Below are positions 39,361 to 54,300 of a stretch of 64,000 nt of DNA, piece by piece. Under the pieces are notes generated by a model. It had not been told where the DNA came from. It ran no database searches and saw only the letters and a program-made list of their open reading frames with translations. A program made the position numbers and the translations under genes. Position 1 is the first letter of the stretch; every line of letters starts with the position of its first letter. Source of the stretch: Auanema rhodensis (lineage: Eukaryota > Animalia > Nematoda); NCBI GenBank assembly GCA_964057225.1, contig OZ059897.1:496001-560000 (forward strand). The letters run 5' to 3'.

Positions 39361-42300
39361 GGTGCATCTTTAAGCTAGCGCAAATCTGATAGTACAGATC
39401 GACGCAGCTTAATAATCCGCATCAAATGCACTATACTACATTGAGAAACGCTTAATACAAAAATTAGTTATGATCGTTTGAAAAATGATGCATTAGTGTA
39501 TGTTGAGTTTCCATGTACACTCAACATTGCTTCCAAAAACATTTTGACAAAAATTTTTTCGAAAAATTTCAAAATAATTTCGCAAAAAGTAGATGTTTTT
39601 AGATTCCTTTTTTCAAGGCAAAAACGATGGACAATGTTTTTCAACGAAAAAATTAATTCTTCAGGGTGAAAATCGAGGATATAGGTGTGAACTTATATCA
39701 GTTGATATCTCGGTGCATCTTTAAGCTAGCGCAAATCTGATAGTATAGATCGACGCAGCTTAATAATCCGCATCGAATGCACTATACTACATTGAGAAAC
39801 GCTTAATACAAAAATTAGTTATGATCGTTTGAAAAATGATGCATTAGTGTATGTTGAGTTTCCATGTACACTCAACATTGCTTCCAAAAACATTTTGACA
39901 AAACTTTTTTCGAAAAATTTCAAAATAATTTCGCAAAAAGTAGATGTTTTTAGATTCCTTTTTTCAAGGCAAAAACGATGGACAATGTTTTTCAACGAAA
40001 AAATTAATTCTTCAGGGTGAAAATCGAGGATATAAGTGTGAACTTATATCAGTTGATATCTCGGTGCATTTTGAAGCTAGGGGAAATCTGATAACACAAA
40101 TCGACGCAGCTTAATAATCCGCATCGAATGCACTATACTACATTGAGAAACGCTTAATACAAAAATTAGTTATGATCGTTTGAAAAATGATGCATTAGTG
40201 TATGTTGAGTTTCCATGTACACTCAACATTGCTTCCAAAAACATTTTGACAAAAATTTTTTCGAAATATTTCAAAATAATTTAGCAAAAAGTAGATGTTT
40301 TTAGATTCCTTTTTTCGAGGCAAAAACGATGGACAATGTTATTCAACGAAAAAATTAATTCTTCAGGGTGAAAATCGAGGATATAAGTGTGAACTTATAT
40401 CAGATGATATCTAGGTGCATTTTTAAGCTAGCGCAAATCTGATAACACAGATCGACGCAGCTTAAAAATCCGCATCGAATGCACTTTAATACATTAAGAA
40501 AAGCTTAATACAAAAATTAGTTATGATCGTTTCAAAAATGATGCATTAGTGTATGTTGAGTTTCCATGTACACTCAACATTGCTTCCAAAAACATTTTGA
40601 CAAAAATTTTTTCGAAATATTTCAAAATAATTTAGCAAAAAGTAGATGTTTTTAGATTCCTTTTTTTGAGGCAAAAACGATGGACAATGTTATTCAACGA
40701 AAAAATTAATTCTTCAGGGTGAAAATCGAGGATATAGGTGTGAACTTATATCAGTTGATATCTCGGTGCATCTTTAAGCTAGCGCAAATCTGATAGTACA
40801 GATCGACGCAGCTTAAAAATGCGCATCGAATGCATTATACTACATGGAGAAACGCTCAATACAAAAATTAGTTATGATCGTTTGAAAAATGATGCATTAG
40901 TGTATGTTGAGTTTCCATGTACACTCAACATTGCTTCCAAAAACATTTTGACAAAACTTTTTTCGAAAAATTTCAAAATAATTTCGCAAAAAGTAGATGT
41001 TTTTAGATTCCTTTTTTCAAGGCAAAAACGATGGACAATGTTTTTCAACGAAAAAATTAATTCTTCAGGGTGAAAATCGAGGATATAAGTGTGAACTTAT
41101 ATCAGTTGATATCTCGGTGCATTTTGAAGCTAGGGGAAATCTGATAACACAAATCGACGCAGCTTAATAATCCGCATCGAATGCACTATACTACATTGAG
41201 AAACGCTTAATACAAAAATTAGTTATGATCGTTTGAAAAATGATGCATTAGTGTATGTTGAGTTTCCATGTACACTCAACATTGCTTCCAAAAACATTTT
41301 GACAAAACTTTTTTCGAAAAATTTCAAAATAATTTCGCAAAAAGTAGATGTTTTTAGATTCCTTTTTTCAAGGCAAAAACGATGGACAATGTTTTTCAAC
41401 GAAAAAATTAATTCTTCAGGGTGAAAATCGAGGATATAAGTGTGAACTTATATCAGTTGATATCTCGGTGCATTTTGAAGCTAGGGGAAATCTGATAACA
41501 CAAATCGACGCAGCTTAATAATCCGCATCGAATGCACTATACTACATTGAGAAACGCTTAATACAAAAATTAGTTATGATCGTTTGAAAAATGATGCATT
41601 AGTGTATGTTGAGTTTCCATGTACACTCAACATTGCTTCCAAAAACATTTTGAAAAAAATTTTTTCGAAAAATTTCAAAATAATTTAGCGAAAAGTAGAT
41701 GTTTTTAGATTCCTTTTTTCAAGGCAAAAACGATGGACAATGTTATTCAACGAAAAAATTAATTCTTCAGGGTGAAAATCGAGGATATAAGTGTGAACTT
41801 ATATCAGTTGATATCTCGGTGCATTTTCAAGCTAGCGGAAATCTGATAACACAGATCGACGCAGCTTAAAAATCCGCATCGAATGCACTATACTACATCA
41901 AGAAAAGCTGAATACAAAAATTAGTTATGATCGTTTGAAAAATGATGCATTAGTGTATGTTGAGTTTCCATGTACACTCAAAATTGCTTCCAAAAACATT
42001 TTGACAAAAATTTTTTCGAAAAATTTCAAAATAATTTAGCGAAAAGTAGATGTTTTTAGATTCCTTTTTTCGAGGCAAAAACGATGGACAATGTTATTCA
42101 ACGAAAAAATTAATTCTTCAGGGTGAAAATCGAGGATATAAGTGTGAACTTATATCAGTTGATATCTCGGTGCATTTTTCAGCTAGCGCAAATCTGATAA
42201 CACAGATCGACGCAGCTTAATAATCCGCATCGAATGCACTATACTACATTAAGAAAAGCTTAATACAAGAATTAGTTATGATCGTTTGAAAAATGATGCA

Positions 42301-45300
42301 ATAGTGTATGTTGAGTTTCCATGTACACTCAAAATTGCTTCCAAAAACATTTTGACAAAAATTTTTTCGAAAAATTTCAAAATAATTTAGCGAAAAGTAG
42401 ATGTTTTTAGATTCCTTTTTTCAAGGCAAAAACGATGGACAATGTTATTCAACGAAAAAATTAATTCTTCAGGGTGAAAATCGAGGATATAAGTGTGAAC
42501 TTATATCAGTTGATATCTCGGTGCATTTTTCAGCTAGCGCAAATCTGATAACACAGATCGACGCAGCTTAAAAATCCGCATCGAATGCACTTTAATACAT
42601 TAATAAAAGCTTAATACAAAAATTAGTTATGATCGTTTCAAAAATGATGCATTAGTGTATGTTGAGTTTCCATGTACACTCAACATTGCTTCCAAAAACA
42701 TTTTGACAAAAATTTTTTCGAAATATTTCAAAATAATTTAGCAAAAAGTAGATGTTTTTAGATTCCTTTTTTTGAGGCAAAAACGATGGACAATGTTATT
42801 CAACGAAAAAATTAATTCTTCAGGGTGAAAATCGAGGATATAGGTGTGAACTTATATCAGTTGATATCTCGGTGCATCTTTAAGCTAGCGCAAATCTGAT
42901 AGTACAGATCGACGCAGCTTAAAAATGCGCATCGAATGCATTATACTACATGGAGAAACGCTCAATACAAAAATTAGTTATGATCGTTTGAAAAATGATG
43001 CATTAGTGTATGTTGAGTTTCCATGTACACTCAACATTGCTTCCAAAAACATTTTGACAAAACTTTTTTCGAAAAATTTCAAAATAATTTCGCAAAAAGT
43101 AGATGTTTTTAGATTCCTTTTTTCAAGGCAAAAACGATGGACAATGTTTTTCAACGAAAAAATTAATTCTTCAGGGTGAAAATCGAGGATATAAGTGTGA
43201 ACTTATATCAGTTGATATCTCGGTGCATTTTGAAGCTAGGGGAAATCTGATAACACAAATCGACGCAGCTTAATAATCCGCATCGAATGCACTATACTAC
43301 ATTGAGAAACGCTTAATACAAAAATTAGTTATGATCGTTTGAAAAATGATGCATTAGTGTATGTTGAGTTTCCATGTACACTCAACATTGCTTCCAAAAA
43401 CATTTTGAAAAAAATTTTTTCGAAAAATTTCAAAATAATTTAGCGAAAAGTAGATGTTTTTAGATTCCTTTTTTCAAGGCAAAAACGATGGACAATGTTA
43501 TTCAACGAAAAAATTAATTCTTCAGGGTGAAAATCGAGGATATAAGTGTGAACTTATATCAGTTGATATCTCGGTGCATTTTCAAGCTAGCGGAAATCTG
43601 ATAACACAGATCGACGCAGCTTAAAAATCCGCATCGAATGCACTATACTACATTAAGAAAAGCTGAATACAAAAATTAGTTATGATCGTTTGAAAAATGA
43701 TGCATTAGTGTATGTTGAGTTTCCATGTACACTCAAAATTGCTTCCAAAAACATTTTGACAAAAATTTTTTCGAAAAATTTCAAAATAATTTAGCGAAAA
43801 GTAGATGTTTTTAGATTCCTTTTTTCGAGGCAAAAACGATGGACAATGTTATTCAACGAAAAAATTAATTCTTCAGGGTGAAAATCGAGGATATAAGTGT
43901 GAACTTATATCAGTTAATATCTCGGTGCATTTTTAAGCTAGCGCAAATCTGATAACACAGATCGACGCAGCTTAAAAATCCGCATCGAATGCACTTTAAT
44001 ACATTAATAAAAGCTTAATACAAAAATTAGTTATGATCGTTTCAAAAATGATGCATTAGTGTATGTTGAGTTTCCATGTACACTCAACATTGCTTCCAAA
44101 AACATTTTGACAAAAATTTTTTCGAAATATTTCAAAATAATTTAGCAAAAAGTAGATGTTTTTAGATTCCTTTTTTTGAGGCAAAAACGATGGACAATGT
44201 TATTCAACGAAAAAATTAATTCTTCAGGGTGAAAATCGAGGATATAGGTGTGAACTTATATCGGTTGATATCTCGGTGCATCTTTAAGCTAGCGCAAATC
44301 TGATAGTACAGATCGACGCAGCTTAAAAATGCGCATCGAATGCATTATACTACATGGAGAAACGCTCAATACAAAAATTAGTTATGATCGTTTGAAAAAT
44401 GATGCATTAGTGTATGTTGAGTTTCCATGTACACTCAACATTGCTTCCAAAAACATTTTGACAAAACTTTTTTCGAAAAATTTCAAAATAATTTCGCAAA
44501 AAGTAGATGTTTTTAGATTCCTTTTTTCAAGGCAAAAACGATGGACAATGTTTTTCAACGAAAAAATTAATTCTTCAGGGTGAAAATCGAGGATATAAGT
44601 GTGAACTTATATCAGTTGATATCTCGGTGCATTTTGAAGCTAGGGGAAATCTGATAACACAAATCGACGCAGCTTAATAATCCGCATCGAATGCACTATA
44701 CTACATTGAGAAACGCTTAATACAAAAATTAGTTATGATCGTTTGAAAAATGATGCATTAGTGTATGTTGAGTTTCCATGTACACTCAACATTGCTTCCA
44801 AAAACATTTTGAAAAAAATTTTTTCGAAAAATTTCAAAATAATTTAACGAAAAGTAGATGTTTTTAGATTCCTTTTTTCAAGGCAAAAACGATGGACAAT
44901 GTTATTCAACGAAAAAATTAATTCTTCAGGGTGAAAATCGAGGATATAAGTGTGAACTTATATCAGTTGATATCTCGGTGCATTTTCAAGCTAGCGGAAA
45001 TCTGATAACACAGATCGACGCAGCTTAAAAATCCGCATCGAATGCACTATACTACATTAAGAAAAGCTGAATACAAAAATTAGTTATGATCGTTTGAAAA
45101 ATGATGCATTAGTGTATGTTGAGTTTCCATGTACACTCAAAATTGCTTCCAAAAACATTTTGACAAAAATTTTTTCGAAAAATTTCAAAATAATTTAGCG
45201 AAAAGTAGATGTTTTTAGATTCCTTTTTTCGAGGCAAAAACGATGGACAATGTTATTCAACGAAAAAATTAATTCTTCAGGGTGAAAATCGAGGATATAA

Positions 45301-48300
45301 GTGTGAACTTATATCAGTTGATATCTCGGTGCATTTTTCAGCTAGCGCAAATCTGATAACACAGATCGACGCAGCTTAATAATCCGCATCGAATGCACTA
45401 TACTACATTAAGAAAAGCTTAATACAAGAATTAGTTATGATCGTTTGAAAAATGATGCAATAGTGTATGTTGAGTTTCCATGTACACTCAAAATTGCTTC
45501 CAAAAACATTTTGACAAAAATTTTTTCGAAAAATTTCAAAATAATTTAGCGAAAAGTAGATGTTTTTAGATTTCTTTTTTCAAGGCAAAAACGATGGACG
45601 ATGTTATTCAACGAAAAAATTAATTCTTCAGGGTGAAAATCGAGGATATAAGTGTGAACTTATATCAGTTGATATCTCGGTGCATTTTTCAGCTAGCGCA
45701 AATCTGATAACACAGATCGACGCAGCTTAAAAATCCGCATCGAATGCACTTTAATACATTAATAAAAGCTTAATACAAAAATTAGTTATGATCGTTTCAA
45801 AAATGATGCATTAGTGTATGTTGAGTTTCCATGTACACTCAACATTGCTTCCAAAAACATTTTGACAAAAATTTTTTCGAAATATTTCAAAATAATTTAG
45901 CAAAAAGTAGATGTTTTTAGATTCCTTTTTTTGAGGCAAAAACGATGGACAATGTTATTCAACGAAAAAATTAATTCTTCAGGGTGAAAATCGAGGATAT
46001 AGGTGTGAACTTATATCAGTTGATATCTCGGTGCATCTTTAAGCTAGCGCAAATCTGATAGTACAGATCGACGCAGCTTAAAAATGCGCATCGAATGCAT
46101 TATACTACATGGAGAAACGCTCAATACAAAAATTAGTTATGATCGTTTGAAAAATGATGCATTAGTGTATGTTGAGTTTCCATGTACACTCAACATTGCT
46201 TCCAAAAACATTTTGACAAAACTTTTTTCGAAAAATTTCAAAATAATTTCGCAAAAAGTAGATGTTTTTAGATTCCTTTTTTCAAGGCAAAAACGATGGA
46301 CAATGTTTTTCAACGAAAAAATTAATTCTTCAGGGTGAAAATCGAGGATATAAGTGTGAACTTATATCAGTTGATATCTCGGTGCATTTTGAAGCTAGGG
46401 GAAATCTGATAACACAAATCGACGCAGCTTAATTATCCGCATCGAATGCACTATACTACATTGAGAAACGCTTAATACAAAAATTAGTTATGATCGTTTG
46501 AAAAATGATGCATTAGTGTATGTTGAGTTTCCATGTACACTCAACATTGCTTCCAAAAACATTTTGAAAAAAATTTTTTCGAAAAATTTCAAAATAATTT
46601 AGCGAAAAGTAGATGTTTTTAGATTCCTTTTTTCAAGGCAAAAACGATGGACAATGTTATTCAACGAAAAAATTAATTCTTCAGGGTGAAAATCGAGGAT
46701 ATAAGTGTGAACTTATATCAGTTGATATCTCGGTGCATTTTCAAGCTAGCGGAAATCTGATAACACAAATCGACGCAGCTTAAAAATCCGCATCGAATGC
46801 ACTATACTACATTAAGAAAAGCTGAATACAAAAATTAGTTATGATCGTTTGAAAAATGATGCATTAGTGTATGTTGAGTTTCCATGTACACTCAAAATTG
46901 CTTCCAAAAACATTTTGACAAAAATTTTTTCGAAAAATTTCAAAATAATTTAGCGAAAAGTAGATGTTTTTAGATTCCTTTTTTCGAGGCAAAAACGATG
47001 GACAATGTTATTCAACGAAAAAATTAATTCTTCAGGGTGAAAATCGAGGATATAAGTGTGAACTTATATCAGTTGATATCTCGGTGCATTTTTCAGCTAG
47101 CGCAAATCTGATAACACAGATCGACGCAGCTTAATAATCCGCATCGAATGCACTATACTACATTAAGAAAAGCTTAATAAAAGAATTAGTTATGATCGTT
47201 TGAAAAATGATGCAATAGTGTATGTTGAGTTTCCATGTACACTCAAAATTGCTTCCAAAAACATTTTGACAAAAATTTTTTCGAAAAATTTCAAAATAAT
47301 TTAGCGAAAAGTAGATGTTTTTAGATTCCTTTTTTCAAGGCAAAAACGATGGACAATGTTATTCAACGAAAAAATTAATTCTTCAGGGTGAAAATCGAGG
47401 ATATAAGTGTGAACTTATATCAGTTGATATCTCGTTGAATTTTTCAGCTAGCGCAAATCTGATAACACAGATCGACGCAGCTTAAAAATCCGCATCGAAT
47501 GCATTATACTACATGGAGAAACGCTCAATACAAAAATTAGTTATGATCGTTTGAAAAATGATGCATTAGTGTATGTTGAGTTTCCATGTACACTCAACAT
47601 TGCTTCCAAAAACATTTTGACAAAACTTTTTTCGAAAAATTTCAAAATAATTTCGCAAAAAGTAGATGTTTTTAGATTCCTTTTTTCAAGGCAAAAACGA
47701 TGGACAATGTTTTTCAACGAAAAAATTAATTCTTCAGGGTGAAAATCGAGGATATAAGTGTGAACTTATATCAGTTGATATCTCGGTGCATTTTGAAGCT
47801 AGGGGAAATCTGATAACACAAATCGACGCAGCTTAATAATCCGCATCGAATGCACTATACTACATTGAGAAACGCTTAATACAAAAATTAGTTATGATCG
47901 TTTGAAAAATGATGCATTAGTGTATGTTGAGTTTCCATGTACACTCAACATTGCTTCCAAAAACATTTTGAAAAAAATTTTTTCGAAAAATTTCAAAATA
48001 ATTTAGCGAAAAGTAGATGTTTTTAGATTCCTTTTTTCAAGGCAAAAACGATGGACAATGTTATTCAACGAAAAAATTAATTCTTCAGGGTGAAAATCGA
48101 GGATATAAGTGTGAACTTATATCAGTTGATATCTCGGTGCATTTTCAAGCTAGCGGAAATCTGATAACACAGATCGACGCAGCTTAAAAATCCGCATCGA
48201 ATGCACTATACTACATTAAGAAAAGCTGAATACAAAAATTAGTTATGATCGTTTGAAAAATGATGCATTAGTGTATGTTGAGTTTCCATGTACACTCAAA

Positions 48301-51300
48301 ATTGCTTCCAAAAACATTTTGACAAAAATTTTTTCGAAAAATTTCAAAATAATTTAGCGAAAAGTAGATGTTTTTAGATTCCTTTTTTCAAGGCAAAAAC
48401 GATGGACAATGTTATTCAACGAAAAAATTAATTCTTCAGGGTGAAAATCGAGGATATAAGTGTGAACTTATATCAGTTGATATCTCGGTGCATTTTCAAG
48501 CTAGCGGAAATCTGATAACACAAATCGACGCAGCTTAAAAATCCGCATCGAATGCACTATACTACATTAAGAAAAGCTGAATACAAAAATTAGTTATGAT
48601 CGTTTGAAAAATGATGCATTAGTGTATGTTGAGTTTCCATGTACACTCAAAATTGCTTCCAAAAACATTTTGACAAAAATTTTTTCGAAAAATTTCAAAA
48701 TAATTTAGCGAAAAGTAGATGTTTTTAGATTCCTTTTTTCGAGGCAAAAACGATGGACAATGTTATTCAACGAAAAAATTAATTCTTCAGGGTGAAAATC
48801 GAGGATATAAGTGTGAACTTATATCAGTTGATATCTCGGTGCATTTTTCAGCTAGCGCAAATCTGATAACACAGATCGACGCAGCTTAATAATCCGCATC
48901 GAATGCACTATACTACATTAAGAAAAGCTTAATACAAGAATTAGTTATGATCGTTTGAAAAATGATGCAATAGTGTATGTTGAGTTTCCATGTACACTCA
49001 AAATTGCTTCCAAAAACATTTTGACAAAAATTTTTTCGAAAAATTTCAAAATAATTTAGCGAAAAGTAGATGTTTTTAGATTCCTTTTTTCAAGGCAAAA
49101 ACGATGGACAATGTTATTCAACGAAAAAATTAATTCTTCAGGGTGAAAATCGAGGATATAAGTGTGAACTTATATCAGTTGATATCTCGGTGAATTTTTC
49201 AGCTAGCGCAAATCTGATAACACAGATCGACGCAGCTTAAAAATCCGCATCGAATGCATTATACTACATGGAGAAACGCTCAATACAAAAATTAGTTATG
49301 ATCGTTTGAAAAATGATGCATTAGTGTATGTTGAGTTTCCATGTACACTCAACATTGCTTCCAAAAACATTTTGACAAAACTTTTTTCGAAAAATTTCAA
49401 AATAATTTCGCAAAAAGTAGATGTTTTTAGATTCCTTTTTTCAAGGCAAAAACGATGGACAATGTTTTTCAACGAAAAAATTAATTCTTCAGGGTGAAAA
49501 TCGAGGATATAAGTGTGAACTTATATCAGTTGATATCTCGGTGCATTTTGAAGCTAGGGGAAATCTGATAACACAAATCGACGCAGCTTAATAATCCGCA
49601 TCGAATGCACTATACTACATTGAGAAACGCTTAATACAAAAATTAGTTATGATCGTTTGAAAAATGATGCATTAGTGTATGTTGAGTTTCCATGTACACT
49701 CAACATTGCTTCCAAAAACATTTTGAAAAAAATTTTTTCGAAAAATTTCAAAATAATTTAGCGAAAAGTAGATGTTTTTAGATTCCTTTTTTCAAGGCAA
49801 AAACGATGGACAATGTTATTCAACGAAAAAATTAATTCTTCAGGGTGAAAATCGAGGATATAAGTGTGAACTTATATCAGTTGATATCTCGGTGCATTTT
49901 CAAGCTAGCGGAAATCTGATAACACAGATCGACGCAGCTTAAAAATCCGCATCGAATGCACTATACTACATTAAGAAAAGCTGAATACAAAAATTAGTTA
50001 TGATCGTTTGAAAAATGATGCATTAGTGTATGTTGAGTTTCCATGTACACTCAAAATTGCTTCCAAAAACATTTTGACAAAAATTTTTTCGAAAAATTTC
50101 AAAATAATTTAGCGAAAAGTAGATGTTTTTAGATTCCTTTTTTCAAGGCAAAAACGATGGACAATGTTATTCAACGAAAAAATTAATTCTTCAGGGTGAA
50201 AATCGAGGATATAAGTGTGAATTTATATCAGTTGATATCTCGGTGCATTTTTCAGCTATCGCAAATCTGATAACACAGATCGACGCAGCTTAAAAATCCG
50301 CATCGAATGCACTTTAATACATTAATAAAAGCTTAATACAAAAATTAGTTATGATCGTTTCAAAAATGATGCATTAGTGTATGTTGAGTTTCCATGTACA
50401 CTCAACATTGCTTCCAAAAACATTTTGACAAAAATTTTTTCGAAATATTTCAAAATAATTTAGCAAAAAGTAGATGTTTTTAGATTCCTTTTTTTGAGGC
50501 AAAAACGATGGACAATGTTATTCAACGAAAAAATTAATTCTTCAGGGTGAAAATCGAGGATATAGGTGTGAACTTATATCAGTTGATATCTCGGTGCATC
50601 TTTAAGCTAGCGCAAATCTGATAGTACAGATCGACGCAGCTTAAAAATGCGCATCGAATGCATTATACTACATGGAGAAACGCTCAATACAAAAATTAGT
50701 TATGATCGTTTGAAAAATGATGCATTAGTGTATGTTGAGTTTCCATGTACACTCAACATTGCTTCCAAAAACATTTTGACAAAACTTTTTTCGAAAAATT
50801 TCAAAATAATTTCGCAAAAAGTAGATGTTTTTAGATTCCTTTTTTCAAGGCAAAAACGATGGACAATGTTTTTCAACGAAAAAATTAATTCTTCAGGGTG
50901 AAAATCGAGGATATAAGTGTGAACTTATATCAGTTGATATCTCGGTGCATTTTCAAGCTAGCGGAAATCTGATAACACAGATCGACGCAGCTTAAAAATG
51001 CGCATCGAATGCATTATACTACATGGAGAAACGCTCAATACAAAAATTAGTTATGATCGTTTGAAAAATGATGCATTAGTGTATGTTGAGTTTCCATGTA
51101 CACTCAACATTGCTTCCAAAAACATTTTGACAAAACTTTTTTCGAAAAATTTCAAAATAATTTCGCAAAAAGTAGATGTTTTTAGATTCCTTTTTTCAAG
51201 GCAAAAACGATGGACAATGTTTTTCAACGAAAAAATTAATTCTTCAGGGTGAAAATCGAGGATATAAGTGTGAACTTATATCAGTTGATATCTCGGTGCA

Positions 51301-54300
51301 TTTTCAAGCTAGCGGAAATCTGATAACACAGATCGACGCAGCTTAAAAATGCGCATCGAATGCATTATACTACATGGAGAAACGCTCAATACAAAAATTA
51401 GTTATGATCGTTTGAAAAATGATGCATTAGTGTATGTTGAGTTTCCATGTACACTCAAAATTGCTTCCAAAAACATTTTGACAAAAATTTTTTCGAAAAA
51501 TTTCAAAATAATTTAGCGAAAAGTAGATGTTTTTAGATTCCTTTTTTCGAGGCAAAAACGATGGACAATGTTATTCAACGAAAAAATTAATTCTTCAGGG
51601 TGAAAATCGAGGATATAAGTGTGAACTTATATCAGTTGATATCTCGGTGCATTTTTCAGCTAGCGCAAATCTGATAACACAGATCGACGCAGCTTAAAAA
51701 TCCGCATCGAATGCACTTTAATACATTAATAAAAGCTTAATACAAAAATTAGTTATGATCGTTTCAAAAATGATGCATTAGTGTATGTTGAGTTTCCATG
51801 TACACTCAACATTGCTTCCAAAAACATTTTGACAAAAATTTTTTCGAAATATTTCAAAATAATTTAGCAAAAAGTAGATGTTTTTAGATTCCTTTTTTCG
51901 AGGCAAAAACGATGGACAATGTTATTCAACGAAAAAATTAATTCTTCAGGGTGAAAATCGAGGATATAAGTGTGAACTTATATCAGTTGATATCTCGTTG
52001 AATTTTTCAGCTAGCGCAAATCTGATAACACAGATCGACGCAGCTTAAAAATCCGCATCGAATGCATTATACTACATGGAGAAACGCTCAATACAAAAAT
52101 TAGTTATGATCGTTTGAAAAATGATGCATTAGTGTATGTTGAGTTTCCATGTACACTCAACATTGCTTCCAAAAACATTTTGACAAAACTTTTTTCGAAA
52201 AATTTCAAAATAATTTCGCAAAAAGTAGATGTTTTTAGATTCCTTTTTTCAAGGCAAAAACGATGGACAATGTTTTTCAACGAAAAAATTAATTCTTCAG
52301 GGTGAAAATCGAGGATATAAGTGTGAACTTATATCAGTTGATATCTCGGTGCATTTTGAAGCTAGGGGAAATCTGATAACACAAATCGACGCAGCTTAAT
52401 AATCCGCATCGAATGCACTATACTACATTGAGAAACGCTTAATACAAAAATTAGTTATGATCGTTTGAAAAATGATGCATTAGTGTATGTTGAGTTTCCA
52501 TGTACACTCAACATTGCTTCCAAAAACATTTTGAAAAAAATTTTTTCGAAAAATTTCAAAATAATTTAGCGAAAAGTAGATGTTTTTAGATTCCTTTTTT
52601 CAAGGCAAAAACGATGGACAATGTTATTCAACGAAAAAATTAATTCTTCAGGGTGAAAATCGAGGATATAAGTGTGAACTTATATCAGTTGATATCTCGG
52701 TGCATTTTCAAGCTAGCGGAAATCTGATAACACAGATCGACGCAGCTTAAAAATCCGCATCGAATGCACTATACTACATTAAGAAAAGCTGAATACAAAA
52801 ATTAGTTATGATCGTTTGAAAAATGATGCATTAGTGTATGTTGAGTTTCCATGTACACTCAAAATTGCTTCCAAAAACATTTTGACAAAAATTTTTTCGA
52901 AAAATTTCAAAATAATTTAGCGAAAAGTAGATGTTTTTAGATTCCTTTTTTCAAGGCAAAAACGATGGACAATGTTATTCAACGAAAAAATTAATTCTTC
53001 AGGGTGAAAATCGAGGATATAAGTGTGAACTTATATCAGTTGATATCTCGGTGCATTTTCAAGCTAGCGGAAATCTGATAACACAAATCGACGCAGCTTA
53101 AAAATCCGCATCGAATGCACTATACTACATTAAGAAAAGCTGAATACAAAAATTAGTTATGATCGTTTGAAAAATGATGCATTAGTGTATGTTGAGTTTC
53201 CATGTACACTCAAAATTGCTTCCAAAAACATTTTGACAAAAATTTTTTCGAAAAATTTCAAAATAATTTAGCGAAAAGTAGATGTTTTTAGATTCCTTTT
53301 TTCGAGGCAAAAACGATGGACAATGTTATTCAACGAAAAAATTAATTCTTCAGGGTGAAAATCGAGGATATAAGTGTGAACTTATATCAGTTGATATCTC
53401 GGTGCATTTTTCAGCTAGCGCAAATCTGATAACACAGATCGACGCAGCTCAATAATCCGCATCGAATGCACTATACTACATTAAGAAAAGCTTAATACAA
53501 GAATTAGTTATGATCGTTTGAAAAATGATGCAATAGTGTATGTTGAGTTTCCATGTACACTCAAAATTGCTTCCAAAAACATTTTGACAAAAATTTTTTC
53601 GAAAAATTTCAAAATAATTTAGCGAAAAGTAGATGTTTTTAGATTCCTTTTTTCAAGGCAAAAACGATGGACAATGTTATTCAACGAAAAAATTAATTCT
53701 TCAGGGTGAAAATCGAGGATATAAGTGTGAACTTATATCAGTTGATATCTCGGTGAATTTTTCAGCTAGCGCAAATCTGATAACACAGATCGACGCAGCT
53801 TAAAAATCCGCATCGAATGCATTATACTACATGGAGAAACGCTCAATACAAAAATTAGTTATGATCGTTTGAAAAATGATGCATTAGTGTATGTTGAGTT
53901 TCCATGTACACTCAACATTGCTTCCAAAAACATTTTGACAAAACTTTTTTCGAAAAATTTCAAAATAATTTCGCAAAAAGTAGATGTTTTTAGATTCCTT
54001 TTTTCAAGGCAAAAACGATGGACAATGTTTTTCAACGAAAAAATTAATTCTTCAGGGTGAAAATCGAGGATATAAGTGTGAACTTATATCAGTTGATATC
54101 TCGGTGCATTTTGAAGCTAGGGGAAATCTGATAACACAAATCGACGCAGCTTAATAATCCGCATCGAATGCACTATACTACATTGAGAAACGCTTAATAC
54201 AAAAATTAGTTATGATCGTTTGAAAAATGATGCATTAGTGTATGTTGAGTTTCCATGTACACTCAACATTGCTTCCAAAAACATTTTGAAAAAAATTTTT

